Positions 8,232 to 17,588 are shown, numbered from the stretch's first letter. The stretch is DNA of 64,000 bases from Bacteroidia bacterium (GCA_965655315.1 CBFHGJ010000008.1:10959-74958); one strand, 5' to 3'. Program-made: numbers and translations. The notes: generated by a model not told the origin, from the sequence alone.

Positions 8232-9613
8232 ATCTTAAATAGCTTAATAGTGCGAGATTTACTGTCTTTACTGTGGAGTGAAAGAAAATAAAGTCCAGGG
8301 TTGAATCTGCCAAAATCTACTATATTATCACTAGTATTGATTCGTTCAGTTCTTCCAGATAAGTCTGTTATTAGTATATAGTGGTATTTGAAATCAGAGT
8401 CTATTTTCAATACATTAGTTACAGGGTTTGGAAAAATAGTTATATCATTTAACCCAGTTTTAGCAACTGACAGATTGATAGGGGTAGGCTCCATGGTAAG
8501 ATCTAGATTATCAAGATATAGAACGGTTTCGTCTCCAACGGTATCCTTGTAGAGTGATGCATAAGCTATAAAGGATGCACTGTCCGGACTATACTGATTA
8601 TTATAAGTAAGAGGCATTGAAAAAAACGTCCAGTCTTCTGCTGCAGGAAGTTCTAGGTAATTGTTTGACCGCCTAGTTTGATTGGTATAGGTTCTGAAAT
8701 TTAAGAGAGCTGTATCTTCCCTTTCTGGTAAGTATTTGTAATATCCTTGAAAATACTTAAACGTATCTTTCATAGCGAAAGCTGGAGTATAATAATGATC
8801 TCTATCCGGGCCTATATAGCAATAACCTACTCGGGCTCTGTTTCCAGAAATGTAATTTCTTATGGCCAATGAACTATTCCCTAAGAAAGCCTCGGTATCT
8901 TGAAATTCAACCGACCTTCGAGTATAAAAATTTCGGCTGTAATCATAGTTTCTAAGATCTATACTGTTCCAGTTTGTTGGGAAATCGAGACCAAAATCAT
9001 ACCACTCATCAAAACTTGTGTTATAGATTTCTGGAGATCGAAAACCAATATTTTCAAAATGAATATCATCATAAATTACGTACCCATCTCCTTGTATTTT
9101 GCTTAGAACTTTTGAATATAGCGTAATTCGCACAGAATCACATAGTCTTGCCCCACTCCACGAAATAGGAACTCTATAAGTTACGTATCTTCCATTCGTA
9201 CTTCCAGAAAATCTAAAATCTACTCTACCTTTATAACTTCCGTTATCTCTAAAATCAACATAGATTCGAGCCGTATCCCCTTGTGCTAAATCGTGTTTGC
9301 TAGAAAATACAAGAGAAAAAGGCTCACCTTCAAAGGCAAATCCTCCAAAATTTGATTTATCATTACTTCTGTAGTTCGTAGCATAACCTCTAGAGCCATT
9401 ACCCGTTTCTGAATACTTGTTTTGTAAGACAATGGCATATTTCCCTACGTGAGCAGCAGTGGTGCGATAAACGGTGTTGTTGTAAGCGTACCATCCTGTT
9501 GCCTTATAGTGGTTTCTCTTGTTCCACTTTTCAAAATTCCCATTTGGTATATTTTGACCAAAACAGATCTGGATGAGTATTAGGTTAATTAGTATAGTAG
9601 TATATCTGTACAT
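8228..9613 (-). CDS. Secreted T9SS cargo protein, paralog of 6846..8231
   Basis: Same architecture: QNIPNGNFEKWN..YVIYDDIHFEN; YNTSFDEWYD..VLYLDNLDLT; CTD IFPNPVTNVLKIDS..GLYFLSL..IKLFKI. Its stop overlaps the next start in ATGA at 8228-8231. Confidence 0.7.
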   Translation of the reverse strand: MYRYTTILINLILIQICFGQNIPNGNFEKWNKRNHYKATGWYAYNNTVYRTTAAHVGKYAIVLQNKYSETGNGSRGYATNYRSNDKSNFGGFAFEGEPFSLVFSSKHDLAQGDTARIYVDFRDNGSYKGRVDFRFSGSTNGRYVTYRVPISWSGARLCDSVRITLYSKVLSKIQGDGYVIYDDIHFENIGFRSPEIYNTSFDEWYDFGLDFPTNWNSIDLRNYDYSRNFYTRRSVEFQDTEAFLGNSSLAIRNYISGNRARVGYCYIGPDRDHYYTPAFAMKDTFKYFQGYYKYLPEREDTALLNFRTYTNQTRRSNNYLELPAAEDWTFFSMPLTYNNQYSPDSASFIAYASLYKDTVGDETVLYLDNLDLTMEPTPINLSVAKTGLNDITIFPNPVTNVLKIDSDFKYHYILITDLSGRTERINTSDNIVDFGRFNPGLYFLSLHSKDSKSRTIKLFKI

Positions 9614-9667
9614 AGGATTTATCTTTTAATTGAACTTAGCTAAAGAGATTTGAGAATGCTCTCTATA

Positions 9668-9675
9668 CAAATATA
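9668..9675 (-). promoter_or_regulatory. Candidate internal -7 promoter box (TATATTTG on the minus strand)
   Basis: The reverse complement of caaatata is TATATTTG. It lies 55 nt upstream of the ATG at 9613, inside the 225-bp gap after paaA. Confidence 0.35.
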
Positions 9676-9838
9676 ACAAATACACTCCATTGCTAAGTTC
9701 GCTCACTTCATTACCTATTATGATTCAAAAAAGGAATACTGTGTTGCCTATACTACTTTAAACGAATACTTGTAAGTCACGATGTGATTAATAAGCAAGT
9801 ATTCTTACTAAACTCGATTAAGTGCATTAGCTAGTTAA

Positions 9839-10822
9839 CTAGGCATAAGGCCGAACCACCTCAGCATCTTTATTCTGAATTGCTCTAGTTACCCATCTGC
9901 CGTTTTCTTCAGCCATTCGTCTTACAGCAAGTCTTTCGGCATTGCAAGGTCCATCACCATTTATCACCCTCTTAAACTCATCCCAATCAGGCTCGGTGTA
10001 GTCCCACAGACCGGTAGTCTTATTCTTCTTTAGGTTTGGATCTGGAAGTGTAAGTCCTAAGTCCCAAATTTTTGGCACATACATATCTAAGAACTGCTGA
10101 CGCATTGCATCGTTACTAGCCATTTTCACTTTCCATCTCATAAGAGTCTCGGTATGCACAGATGCTTTATCACTTGGACCAAAGAAATGCATCAATGGTG
10201 GCCACCATCTGTTCATAGCAGCTTGCACCATCTCTCTCTGCTTACGAGTTCCTGTAGCGAGATGTACCACATTATCATGACCATACTTTAGGTGAAAAGA
10301 TTCTTCATAGCATATACGCTCTAACGCTCTACAATAAGGGCCATAAGAACCTTTACTATTTGCAAGTTGATTCACAATAGCACCAGCATCTACTAACCAA
10401 GCAATTACTGCACTATCCGCCCAAGTTTTAGCTGGGTAGTTAAATATGTTAGAATATTTAGATCTTCCTGTGATGAGGTCATTCATCATATCTTCACGAC
10501 TTTTTCCGAGAGTTTCTGCTGCAGAGTACAGTAACTGACCATGACCTACTTCGTCCTGGACTTTTGCCATAAGTGCAAGTTTACGTCTGAAACCAGGTGC
10601 ACGTGTAATCCAAGTACCTTCTGGCAATGCTCCAATTATTTCTGAATGAGCATGTTGCTCGATCATACGGATCAACTGCTTGCGATACATAGCTGGCATC
10701 CAATCTTGAGGTTCTATTTTCTCACCTCGGTCAATTCTAGCTTGAAAGGCTTCTAATAATTCAGGAGTTTCTTCTTCAGTGTTGAATTTTTCGTTTGGGT
10801 CTACGTAAGCATTTCCGTACAT
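9839..10822 (-). CDS. paaA: 1,2-phenylacetyl-CoA epoxidase catalytic subunit PaaA
   Basis: 327 aa di-iron carboxylate protein with [10 protein letters not shown] and DEVGHGQ (ExxH) motifs and typical PaaA length. Confidence 0.9.
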   Translation of the reverse strand: MYGNAYVDPNEKFNTEEETPELLEAFQARIDRGEKIEPQDWMPAMYRKQLIRMIEQHAHSEIIGALPEGTWITRAPGFRRKLALMAKVQDEVGHGQLLYSAAETLGKSREDMMNDLITGRSKYSNIFNYPAKTWADSAVIAWLVDAGAIVNQLANSKGSYGPYCRALERICYEESFHLKYGHDNVVHLATGTRKQREMVQAAMNRWWPPLMHFFGPSDKASVHTETLMRWKVKMASNDAMRQQFLDMYVPKIWDLGLTLPDPNLKKNKTTGLWDYTEPDWDEFKRVINGDGPCNAERLAVRRMAEENGRWVTRAIQNKDAEVVRPYA

Positions 10823-10845
10823 AATGTTTTTGTTTTATTTCTAAG

Positions 10846-11430
10846 TTAATATTTAATCGAGTTATCTTTTTCTAATCCTGAAAGGATAAAATTACTCAAC
10901 TTATCTGCTATTTCTTGGGCATTTAGTTTGCCGTCGGGTTTATACCACTCTACTATCCAATTTACACTGCTTAGAATAGTTAGTGTGGCAAATTTTTTGT
11001 CTGTTTCTTTAAAAACACCTTCATCTAGACCAGTTTGAACTATCTTTTTGAAACCATCTTCGTATAGATTTCGCTTAACTACAAATTGGTCAAGTGCTTC
11101 ACCAGTCAAATTTCGCCAATCACGTATGAAAATGATAGCTGAGTCTAAATTTTCAGTTAGTATTTCTATGTGCAATTTTATAGCCATTCTAAGCTTTTCT
11201 TCTGCATTGAAATAGATGTCATTCACCTCTTTCACAGCGAGCTCGAATTTGTCTGCCAGTTCAAAACAAGTCATCTTGAGAATGTCTTCCTTATTTTTAA
11301 AATGAGAATAGAGGCTCGCAGGCTCCATATCTAGAGCTTTTGCGATATCTCGCACAGAAGTGGCTGCATATCCTTTGTTTTTAAGAATGCCCTGTAATTG
11401 TGCTAATATTTCTCGTTTCCTGCTTGTCAC
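10846..11430 (-). CDS. TetR/AcrR-family transcriptional regulator, likely regulator of the paa genes
   Basis: N-terminal HTH GYAATSVRDIAKALDMEPASLYSHFKNKEDIL. Stop lies 23 nt upstream of paaA on the same strand. GTG start. Confidence 0.85.
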   Translation of the reverse strand: MTSRKREILAQLQGILKNKGYAATSVRDIAKALDMEPASLYSHFKNKEDILKMTCFELADKFELAVKEVNDIYFNAEEKLRMAIKLHIEILTENLDSAIIFIRDWRNLTGEALDQFVVKRNLYEDGFKKIVQTGLDEGVFKETDKKFATLTILSSVNWIVEWYKPDGKLNAQEIADKLSNFILSGLEKDNSIKY

Positions 11431-11442
11431 GAAATTGGTTAA

Positions 11443-11456
11443 CTAACGTTCGTTAG
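11443..11456. promoter_or_regulatory. Candidate TetR operator palindrome CTAACG-TT-CGTTAG
   Basis: Perfect 6+2+6 inverted repeat lying between the -7 box (11458-11465) and the TetR start codon (11430). Confidence 0.4.
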
Positions 11457-11457
11457 G

Positions 11458-11465
11458 CAAAAATA
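11458..11465 (-). promoter_or_regulatory. -7 promoter box TATTTTTG for the TetR-paaA transcript
   Basis: The reverse complement of caaaaata is TATTTTTG, a perfect TAnnTTTG, 27 nt upstream of the GTG start at 11430. Confidence 0.45.
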
Positions 11466-11528
11466 GTTTTTTCAATCGTTAATCACAAGTTTACAATAAC
11501 ATGCGGGATAAATCGGTTACTTTGAAGG

Positions 11529-12164
11529 ATGCGACCGTTGGCTGCTATTTGTTTTTTATTGTTTTCAGTGAATGTACTTAGTCAAGATTTTTCAAAGCAT
11601 GAAATAAGCATAAATTTTACTAAAGCTCCTTACTACAAAGATGCAGTATGGCATGAATCCTTCAGTTTATTTCAGGTTATTTCTCCATTAACTTATAAGT
11701 ACTTCATAGATGCAAATTCGGCCTTACGTGTAAATCTTCATTACAATACTAAGAAGGAAGAATTCAGTGGATTACATTCCTATGAAAATATTGAAGCTAG
11801 TTATTTGAGTTTTCTAGTCGGGTATGAAAGGATATATGGGGAGGAAAAGCTTAAGCCAGTCATATATGGCGATATTGGTTACGTTGCAGAAGAGTATTTA
11901 AGAGAACGGGCGAGATTTGATGTAGGTAGCACAATGAAATTTAGTGCTGAAGGAGTAACTTTAAAGGTTGGTGCTGGATTAAGGTATGAACATAGTAACC
12001 AATGGTCAATAGTTTATTCAACTGATATTGCCCTCTATAGTCGTCTTATGACCGGACGAGCTACAAATGATCAAACAGGAACGGTAGTTACTTGGAACGA
12101 TGAATTATTGACGAATGCTATTTTTAACCCCATTTCAAATTTGTCAATTAATTTTAGGTTTTAA
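11529..12164 (+). CDS. Small outer-membrane beta-barrel protein, function unknown
   Basis: Signal peptide MRPLAAICFLLFSVNVLSQ, alternating strands, C-terminal ..LSINFRF. Confidence 0.5.
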   Translation: MRPLAAICFLLFSVNVLSQDFSKHEISINFTKAPYYKDAVWHESFSLFQVISPLTYKYFIDANSALRVNLHYNTKKEEFSGLHSYENIEASYLSFLVGYERIYGEEKLKPVIYGDIGYVAEEYLRERARFDVGSTMKFSAEGVTLKVGAGLRYEHSNQWSIVYSTDIALYSRLMTGRATNDQTGTVVTWNDELLTNAIFNPISNLSINFRF

Positions 12165-12186
12165 AATGTAATTCTAACTTCGTTTA

Positions 12187-13077
12187 GTGAAATTTGGTAA
12201 AGTAGAAAACCTAGGAGCTTTAGATCTCAGTCTACCTGTTGACCATGTTGATACCTCTCGTGTATTGCTAGAAGGAGGGTATTCAGCCAAACGGCCAAAG
12301 GTTTTTATAGGTTGTCCAAGATGGGCAAAAGCAGAGCTTAAAGGTTTCTATCCAAAAGGTACTAAAGATGAGCTTGCCTACTACTCGACTCAATTCAATG
12401 CTATAGAACTAAACGCCTTTTATTATCGAATATTTCCAGAAAAAGTAGTGCAGGGTTGGTATGAACGAAGTGCTCCTGATTTCACCTTTTTTCCAAAAGT
12501 GCCTCAACTGATTAGCCAGTTTAGAAGATTGAAAAACTGCACAGTAGAACTAGACGATTATTTCCGAAGCATTTCTCATTTCAAAGAAAAATTAGGTACT
12601 GTATTTCTTCAGATGAATGATAATTATGGTCCTAAGAATTTTGAAGATTTAGTAGAGTTCGTAGAGCAATGGCCTAAAGATTTACCACTAAGTGTTGAGC
12701 TTCGACATACCGAGTGGTACAATGACCCTTCTATAACGCAGGAGTTATATGCTATGCTAGAGGAAAACAAAGTATGTCATACCATAACAGATACAGCAGG
12801 TCGCAGGGATATAATGCATATGAGACTCACCAACAACCAGTGTTTCGTTAGATTCACAGGGGCAAATCACCCAAGTGATGTAGATAGGTTAGACGAATGG
12901 TTTGAGAGACTAACCAGTTGGAAAGAACAAGGTATTGAGCAGATTAATATTTTCATCCACCAAACCATAGAAAAGGACCTACAGATGTTATCTGCTAGAT
13001 TGATACAACGGATAAATGAAGAGTGGGGCTATGAGATTAAAGTCCCAGGGGATGAAGTACAAGGAAGTTTATTTTAA
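12187..13077 (+). CDS. DUF72 (YecE-like) family protein
   Basis: 296 aa with GCPRWA..FYP, YSTQFNAIELNAFYYR and FFPKVPQ motifs typical of DUF72. GTG start. Confidence 0.75.
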   Translation: MKFGKVENLGALDLSLPVDHVDTSRVLLEGGYSAKRPKVFIGCPRWAKAELKGFYPKGTKDELAYYSTQFNAIELNAFYYRIFPEKVVQGWYERSAPDFTFFPKVPQLISQFRRLKNCTVELDDYFRSISHFKEKLGTVFLQMNDNYGPKNFEDLVEFVEQWPKDLPLSVELRHTEWYNDPSITQELYAMLEENKVCHTITDTAGRRDIMHMRLTNNQCFVRFTGANHPSDVDRLDEWFERLTSWKEQGIEQINIFIHQTIEKDLQMLSARLIQRINEEWGYEIKVPGDEVQGSLF

Positions 13078-13094
13078 ACCAAAACTTGTAATCT

Positions 13095-13941
13095 TTACAA
13101 ATACTTTTTCAAAAGATCAGGTACAGAAAGAGATGCTGATTTCAGTCTTATTTCTTTCATCACTTCTCCGTCTAGTTCGGCCTTAACCTTATCTTCCACT
13201 AACAGCAATGGCTTCTCATCTGGAGGCTCTGGGAATAGATTCTGCTCTTTAAAAAGCCTTCGGGTAACTACAGCTACCTCGTGTGCTCCTGAGTAATTCT
13301 TTTGTTGCTCGAGTAAATAGGCCAAGGCTATAAGTCCATACGCATCTTCAGATGCTGGGTCAGCTAGCTGTCTTAATGCATAGTATTTTTTTAATAAGTG
13401 TACGAGCGGTGTCTAGGTCACCTTTAGCTATGGATACAAAAGACTTATTGAAGTGATCTATGGTATACATCCCCATTGCACCTGTCTCGTAACTGATTTG
13501 CATACTTTCGTTGTAAAAGCGTTCTGCTCTGTCCATATTGCCAACTAGTCTCCACATCTCCGCATTCTGGTGTGCACGGTACATCAGCCATTGCTTATTT
13601 CCAGAAGAAGCTGCTAGCTTACTTAACTCCTCACTTAATTGAGCTAAGCGAGTGGTATCCAAGGTTCGTTGGGAGTTTCTACATAGCGAAGTAAGTGCTC
13701 TACCTATGAGTGTGTCGTTTTGAGTAGCTTGTCCTATTTCTAAAACACGATTAGCCATCATTATGGATTGCGAGTCCTTCCCCTCTTTAAATAATTGATA
13801 AGCTTGTCTCAGCATTTCTTTAGGAGATTCTTCCTTCAGAATTTCTTCAGTATCCTGATTATTTGTTTCCACCTGTGAAGCTGTACATCCTACAAATAGA
13901 GTTATTGAAAGTAATAGAATGCCGAAAATTGATTTAGTCAT
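13095..13941 (-). pseudogene. Helical-repeat (TPR-like) lipoprotein split by a 1-nt frameshift in an A7 run
   Basis: ORFs 13360..13941 (lipobox LFVGC) and 13095..13325 are adjacent. The downstream frame is open up to 13412. Removing one A from the A7 run (plus-strand T7 at 13386-13392) gives ..DTARTLIKKYYALRQLADPASEDAYGLIALAYLLEQQKNY.. as one 281-codon ORF. The total span is 847 nt, which is 3n+1. Confidence 0.6.
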
Positions 13942-14028
13942 GAGTTGTTTAAACTAGGGAGTAAAAATAAAACGAAACAATTCAAACATAGCATTATTCA
14001 TATATGATGAAAATTATGAGTATTTACT

Positions 14029-14790
14029 CTAGGATAATACAAGACCAACTGGACAATGATCGCTACCAAAGATATCATTATCTATGGTGGCTTCTTTCAC
14101 TTTTGGCATTAGGCTATCTGAAGCCAAAAAATAGTCTATTCGCCAACCAGCATTATTTTTTCTAGCATTGAAACGCATACTCCAGAAGCTATACTTCACT
14201 TCTTCAGGTTGTAGATACCTGAACGTATCTTTAAGTCCAATATTCAAAATATTATCTAATCCATCTATCTCTTTTTGAGTATAACCACTAGTCTTGTTGT
14301 AGTTTGACTTGTCATTTTTTAGATCGATAGCTCTATGAGCAACGTTAAAATCACCTGTGACGATGATGGTTTTTTTATTCTGCAGGTTCTCTAGGTAATT
14401 CTTAAATGCTTCATCCCAAGTAGATCTATAGTCTAGTCTTTTCAATCCTGCACCACTGTTTGGCACATAGACATTTATGAGGTAGAAATCTTCATATTCA
14501 GCACAGATAACTCGTCCCTCATTATCGTGTTCTTCCACTCCTATATCTGAAGAAATAGAAATCGGTTCTTTTTTGCTCAAAATGGCAACACCGCTGTATC
14601 CTTTCTTAGTAGCTGAATTAGAGTAGATATGGTATCCACTTAATTCTTCTAGTGCTTCTTGAACTTGATCATCTTGAGCTTTGGTCTCCTGCAAGCAGAA
14701 TACGTCTGCTCTACTATCATTTATGATATCTATCAGCCCTTTTTTAACACTTGCTCTTACTCCGTTTACATTCCAAGATATCAATTTCAT
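14029..14790 (-). CDS. xth: Exodeoxyribonuclease III
   Basis: MKLISWNVNG.., CLQETK, GDFNVAH, SDHCPV motifs of the EEP/ExoIII family; 253 aa. Confidence 0.9.
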   Translation of the reverse strand: MKLISWNVNGVRASVKKGLIDIINDSRADVFCLQETKAQDDQVQEALEELSGYHIYSNSATKKGYSGVAILSKKEPISISSDIGVEEHDNEGRVICAEYEDFYLINVYVPNSGAGLKRLDYRSTWDEAFKNYLENLQNKKTIIVTGDFNVAHRAIDLKNDKSNYNKTSGYTQKEIDGLDNILNIGLKDTFRYLQPEEVKYSFWSMRFNARKNNAGWRIDYFLASDSLMPKVKEATIDNDIFGSDHCPVGLVLS

Positions 14791-14856
14791 TTGGCGAATT
14801 TAGTATTTAACTACCTAAGTATTATCTCTATTTTCGTCTCAGATTACAAGAGAATT

Positions 14857-15483
14857 ATGGATTTAGCTGGACTGTTGAAAAACATTGACTTGTACCTTTT
14901 AGACCAAGTTTTAAAAGGTAGAATCAATAAATCTTCAAAAATTTTGGATGCCGGTTGTGGTACAGGAAGAAATAGCCGATTTTTTATAGAAAATGGATAC
15001 CTGATTAGTGGTTTTGATCCGAATGAAGAGTCCGTTCAGGAACTTCAACAAGAATATCCGGAAGTGGCGAATAGATATGAAGTAAGTGATATTGAAAACT
15101 ATGGAGCAAAAACTTCCTACGACTTTGTTATCTGTAATGCTGTGCTTCATTTTGCACATTCACATATTCAGTTTAGATTGATGATGGATAAATTAAGCTC
15201 TTTCCTTGGACTCAAAGGCATTGTATTTATCAGAATGACATCTGAGTTCGCGGTTCCTACACCTTATAAAATGGATGAAGATGGAAGGTCAGAACTTCCT
15301 GATGGGACAGAAAGATATCTTTTAACAAAAGGTGAATTGACTGAAGCAATGTCTCGTAATGGACTTCACTTGATTGAGCCGCTGAAGACCATTAATGTGA
15401 GCAATGAACGAAGTATGAGTACGATAGTACTTACTAAGGATGAAGATGTTAAGTTAGATTTAGGTTGGTTAGCACCGGAATAG
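14857..15483 (+). CDS. Class I SAM-dependent methyltransferase
   Basis: ILDAGCGTGRNSRFF motif I and FDFVICNAVLHF. Start moved to the ATG at 14857 because the track ORF from 14659 overlaps xth with a low-complexity translation. Confidence 0.75.
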   Translation: MDLAGLLKNIDLYLLDQVLKGRINKSSKILDAGCGTGRNSRFFIENGYLISGFDPNEESVQELQQEYPEVANRYEVSDIENYGAKTSYDFVICNAVLHFAHSHIQFRLMMDKLSSFLGLKGIVFIRMTSEFAVPTPYKMDEDGRSELPDGTERYLLTKGELTEAMSRNGLHLIEPLKTINVSNERSMSTIVLTKDEDVKLDLGWLAPE

Positions 15484-15501
15484 AATCCAATGATGAAGTA
15501 G

Positions 15502-15948
15502 TTAAGAAATACTCTTTATTGTCTCTCGTTTACCTGCAAAAGACACCATCTCACCGGCTTCTAGACCCATAAGTTGTTGTCCAATCGGAGAGGATGCAGA
15601 AATTGCAAATACTGTTTCTTTATCTAGTGTTATTTTCCCGAGACCTACTGACATATACATTTTTTTTCTAGTAGTCTCTATCAAAGCACCTAGCTGTGCT
15701 GAATCACACGGTTTTTCACTGTCTATTTGATTCAGGATATTCATATCACGGATAGCATGATTCATCGTTTGATTGAGCCTGTCTAGTTCCTCTTGTCCCA
15801 TAGCTCTAGCTGTTTCAAACTTATTTCCCGCAGTACTATTATCTTCTCCTACTATGGACTCCTGCACTTTATCTATTGCGTTTTGGAGCTCTTTTAGTTT
15901 TTGTTGTTGCTGCTGTATACACGCAGCGTATATCTCAGACTTTTTCAT
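15502..15948 (-). CDS. GreA/GreB-like protein: coiled-coil N-terminus plus a Gre C-terminal-like domain
   Basis: N-terminal heptad-rich QQQQQKLKELQNAIDKVQ.. and a C-terminal ISASSPIGQQLMGLEAGEMVSF segment resembling the GreA C-terminal domain. Confidence 0.55.
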   Translation of the reverse strand: MKKSEIYAACIQQQQQKLKELQNAIDKVQESIVGEDNSTAGNKFETARAMGQEELDRLNQTMNHAIRDMNILNQIDSEKPCDSAQLGALIETTRKKMYMSVGLGKITLDKETVFAISASSPIGQQLMGLEAGEMVSFAGKRETIKSIS

Positions 15949-16024
15949 AATTGTCTATCCGAATGTAAGGATTTGTAACTTCAGTTGCAATTAAGAAACC
16001 TAGAATCCTTAACATTTGCACTCA

Positions 16025-16333
16025 ATGTTAGGTCTAATACAAAAAATATTTGGAGAAGGGGTAGACCTTCAGGAGAAGTTAAGTGAAGGTGCTATTGTAA
16101 TAGACGTGAGGAGTCCTGGTGAGTTTTCAGGAGGTCATGTAAAGGGAAGTAAAAATATTCCTCTAGGAGATATTGGTGCTAAGATAAAAACCATCAAAAA
16201 ATGGAACAAACCAGTCATCACCTGTTGTGCAAGTGGTATGAGAAGTGGAAGTGCTGCTACTCTTTTAAAGCGAGAAGGAGTTGAAGCTTACAACGGTGGT
16301 CCTTGGCAAAGTGTACAAAGGAAGTCCAACTAA
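16025..16333 (+). CDS. Single-domain rhodanese (sulfurtransferase) protein
   Basis: VIDVRSPGEFSGGHVKGSKNIP and active-site loop CCASGMRSG. The ATG at 16025 is preferred to the TTG at 16016. Confidence 0.8.
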   Translation: MLGLIQKIFGEGVDLQEKLSEGAIVIDVRSPGEFSGGHVKGSKNIPLGDIGAKIKTIKKWNKPVITCCASGMRSGSAATLLKREGVEAYNGGPWQSVQRKSN

Positions 16334-16423
16334 CCTGTAATGGGATTTCTAGCCATTCAATCAAATTGAACATTCAGTTTGTCATTTTTTGAGGTTTGGC
16401 ACGTTTTAGGATGTAGTATAGGT

Positions 16424-16714
16424 ATGGCAAGTTTTAAAGAGATAGTGAGTGGAGATACACCTGTTTTGGTAGATTTTCATGCAGAGTGGTGTGGCCCTTG
16501 TAAGATGATGCCACCCATTTTGGACGAAGTAAAAGACGAATTAGGCGATCAGGTCAAAATCGTAAAGATAGACGTAGATAAAAATCAGGCTCTGGCAGAT
16601 GCTTATGCCGTTCGTGGTGTGCCCACGTTGATGATTTTCAAAGACGGTAAATTAGCTTGGCGTGAAAGTGGGGTACGTCAGGCTGGAGAGTTGGTTGGAG
16701 TTCTAAGAGGGTAA
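16424..16714 (+). CDS. trxA: Thioredoxin
   Basis: [16 protein letters not shown] and [11 protein letters not shown]. The ATG at 16424 gives a canonical protein of about 96 aa. Confidence 0.9.
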   Translation: MASFKEIVSGDTPVLVDFHAEWCGPCKMMPPILDEVKDELGDQVKIVKIDVDKNQALADAYAVRGVPTLMIFKDGKLAWRESGVRQAGELVGVLRG

Positions 16715-16751
16715 GCTTCGGAACCTAGGTATAAGAAAAAAGGTCTCACAT

Positions 16752-17588
16752 CTATGGAAGATACTCCTTCTTAAAGTCAGGTTTACGCTTCTCTAAGAAA
16801 GCATCTCGTCCTTCTTTGGCTTCGTCAGTCATATAGGCAAGTCGTGTTGCTTCTCCGGCAAACACCTGCTGCCCTACCATTCCATCATCGGTTAGATTCA
16901 TGGCAAATTTGAGCATTTTGATGCTCGTCGGAGATTTTTCTAAAATCTCTTGAGCCCATTGGAAAGCAGTATCTTCTAACTGAGCGTGAGGTACTACGGC
17001 ATTGACCATTCCCATTTCAAAAGCTTCTTGAGCAGAGTAGTTTCTTCCTAAGAAGAATATTTCACGTGCTTTTTTCTGACCAACCATTTTAGCTAGATAT
17101 GCAGAGCCATATCCACCATCAAAACTGGTAACGTCTGCATCTGTCTGCTTGAATATAGCGTGCTCTTTACTAGCAAGTGTCATATCACAAACAACATGGA
17201 GACTATGTCCACCTCCGACAGCCCATCCAGGTACTACGGCTATTACTACTTTTGGCATAAAACGGATTAAACGCTGTACGTCCAAGATGTTGAGTCTATG
17301 GTAATTGTCATCACCGACATATCCTTGATGCCCACGAGCTTTTTGGTCACCACCACTACAAAAGCTGTATACACCATCTTTGGAACTTGGTCCTTCGGCA
17401 CTTAGTAGTACTACGCCTATACTCAAATCCTCTTGTGCATCGTGAAAAGCGTCAAGTAATTCACTCGTAGTCTTAGGACGAAAAGCATTCCGCACATTAG
17501 GTCTGTTAAAGGCGATACGAGCTACGCCATCACGCTTTTTGTAGGTGATGTCTTCATACTCTTTTACGGTGGTCCAGTTTTGACTCAT
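16752..17588 (-). CDS. menB: 1,4-dihydroxy-2-naphthoyl-CoA synthase
   Basis: Crotonase fold with FCSGGDQKARG, VVPGWAVGGGH and DGGYGSAYLA motifs; 278 aa. Confidence 0.9.
   Translation of the reverse strand: MSQNWTTVKEYEDITYKKRDGVARIAFNRPNVRNAFRPKTTSELLDAFHDAQEDLSIGVVLLSAEGPSSKDGVYSFCSGGDQKARGHQGYVGDDNYHRLNILDVQRLIRFMPKVVIAVVPGWAVGGGHSLHVVCDMTLASKEHAIFKQTDADVTSFDGGYGSAYLAKMVGQKKAREIFFLGRNYSAQEAFEMGMVNAVVPHAQLEDTAFQWAQEILEKSPTSIKMLKFAMNLTDDGMVGQQVFAGEATRLAYMTDEAKEGRDAFLEKRKPDFKKEYLP

Noticed and set aside
6846-9613. Recent horizontal insertion by a mobile element as the origin of the T9SS pair within the paa cluster
   Set aside because: By eye I saw no flanking direct or inverted repeats, no transposase, integrase or tRNA, and no obvious shift in base composition. 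An older rearrangement or a lineage-typical arrangement is at least as likely. Synteny comparison is needed.
9763-9805. Inverted repeat GAATACTTG / CAAGTATTC after paaA as a terminator separating paaA from the T9SS genes
   Set aside because: The stem is only 9 bp with a 25-nt loop and has no U-tract on the minus strand. That is too weak to call. Whether paaA transcription reads through is left open in the findings.
9831-9842. Perfect 12-bp palindrome CTAGTTAACTAG over the paaA stop codon, giving stops in all three frames on both strands
   Set aside because: About 15 perfect 12-bp palindromes are expected by chance in a window this size. There is no second copy or other functional context.
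14659-14856. N-terminal 66 codons of the track ORF 14659..15483, which overlap the xth gene
   Set aside because: The translation (MNLIILSFGLLQAEYVCSTIIYDIY..) has no methyltransferase features and overlaps xth by 132 nt. The ATG at 14857 starts immediately before the conserved fold.
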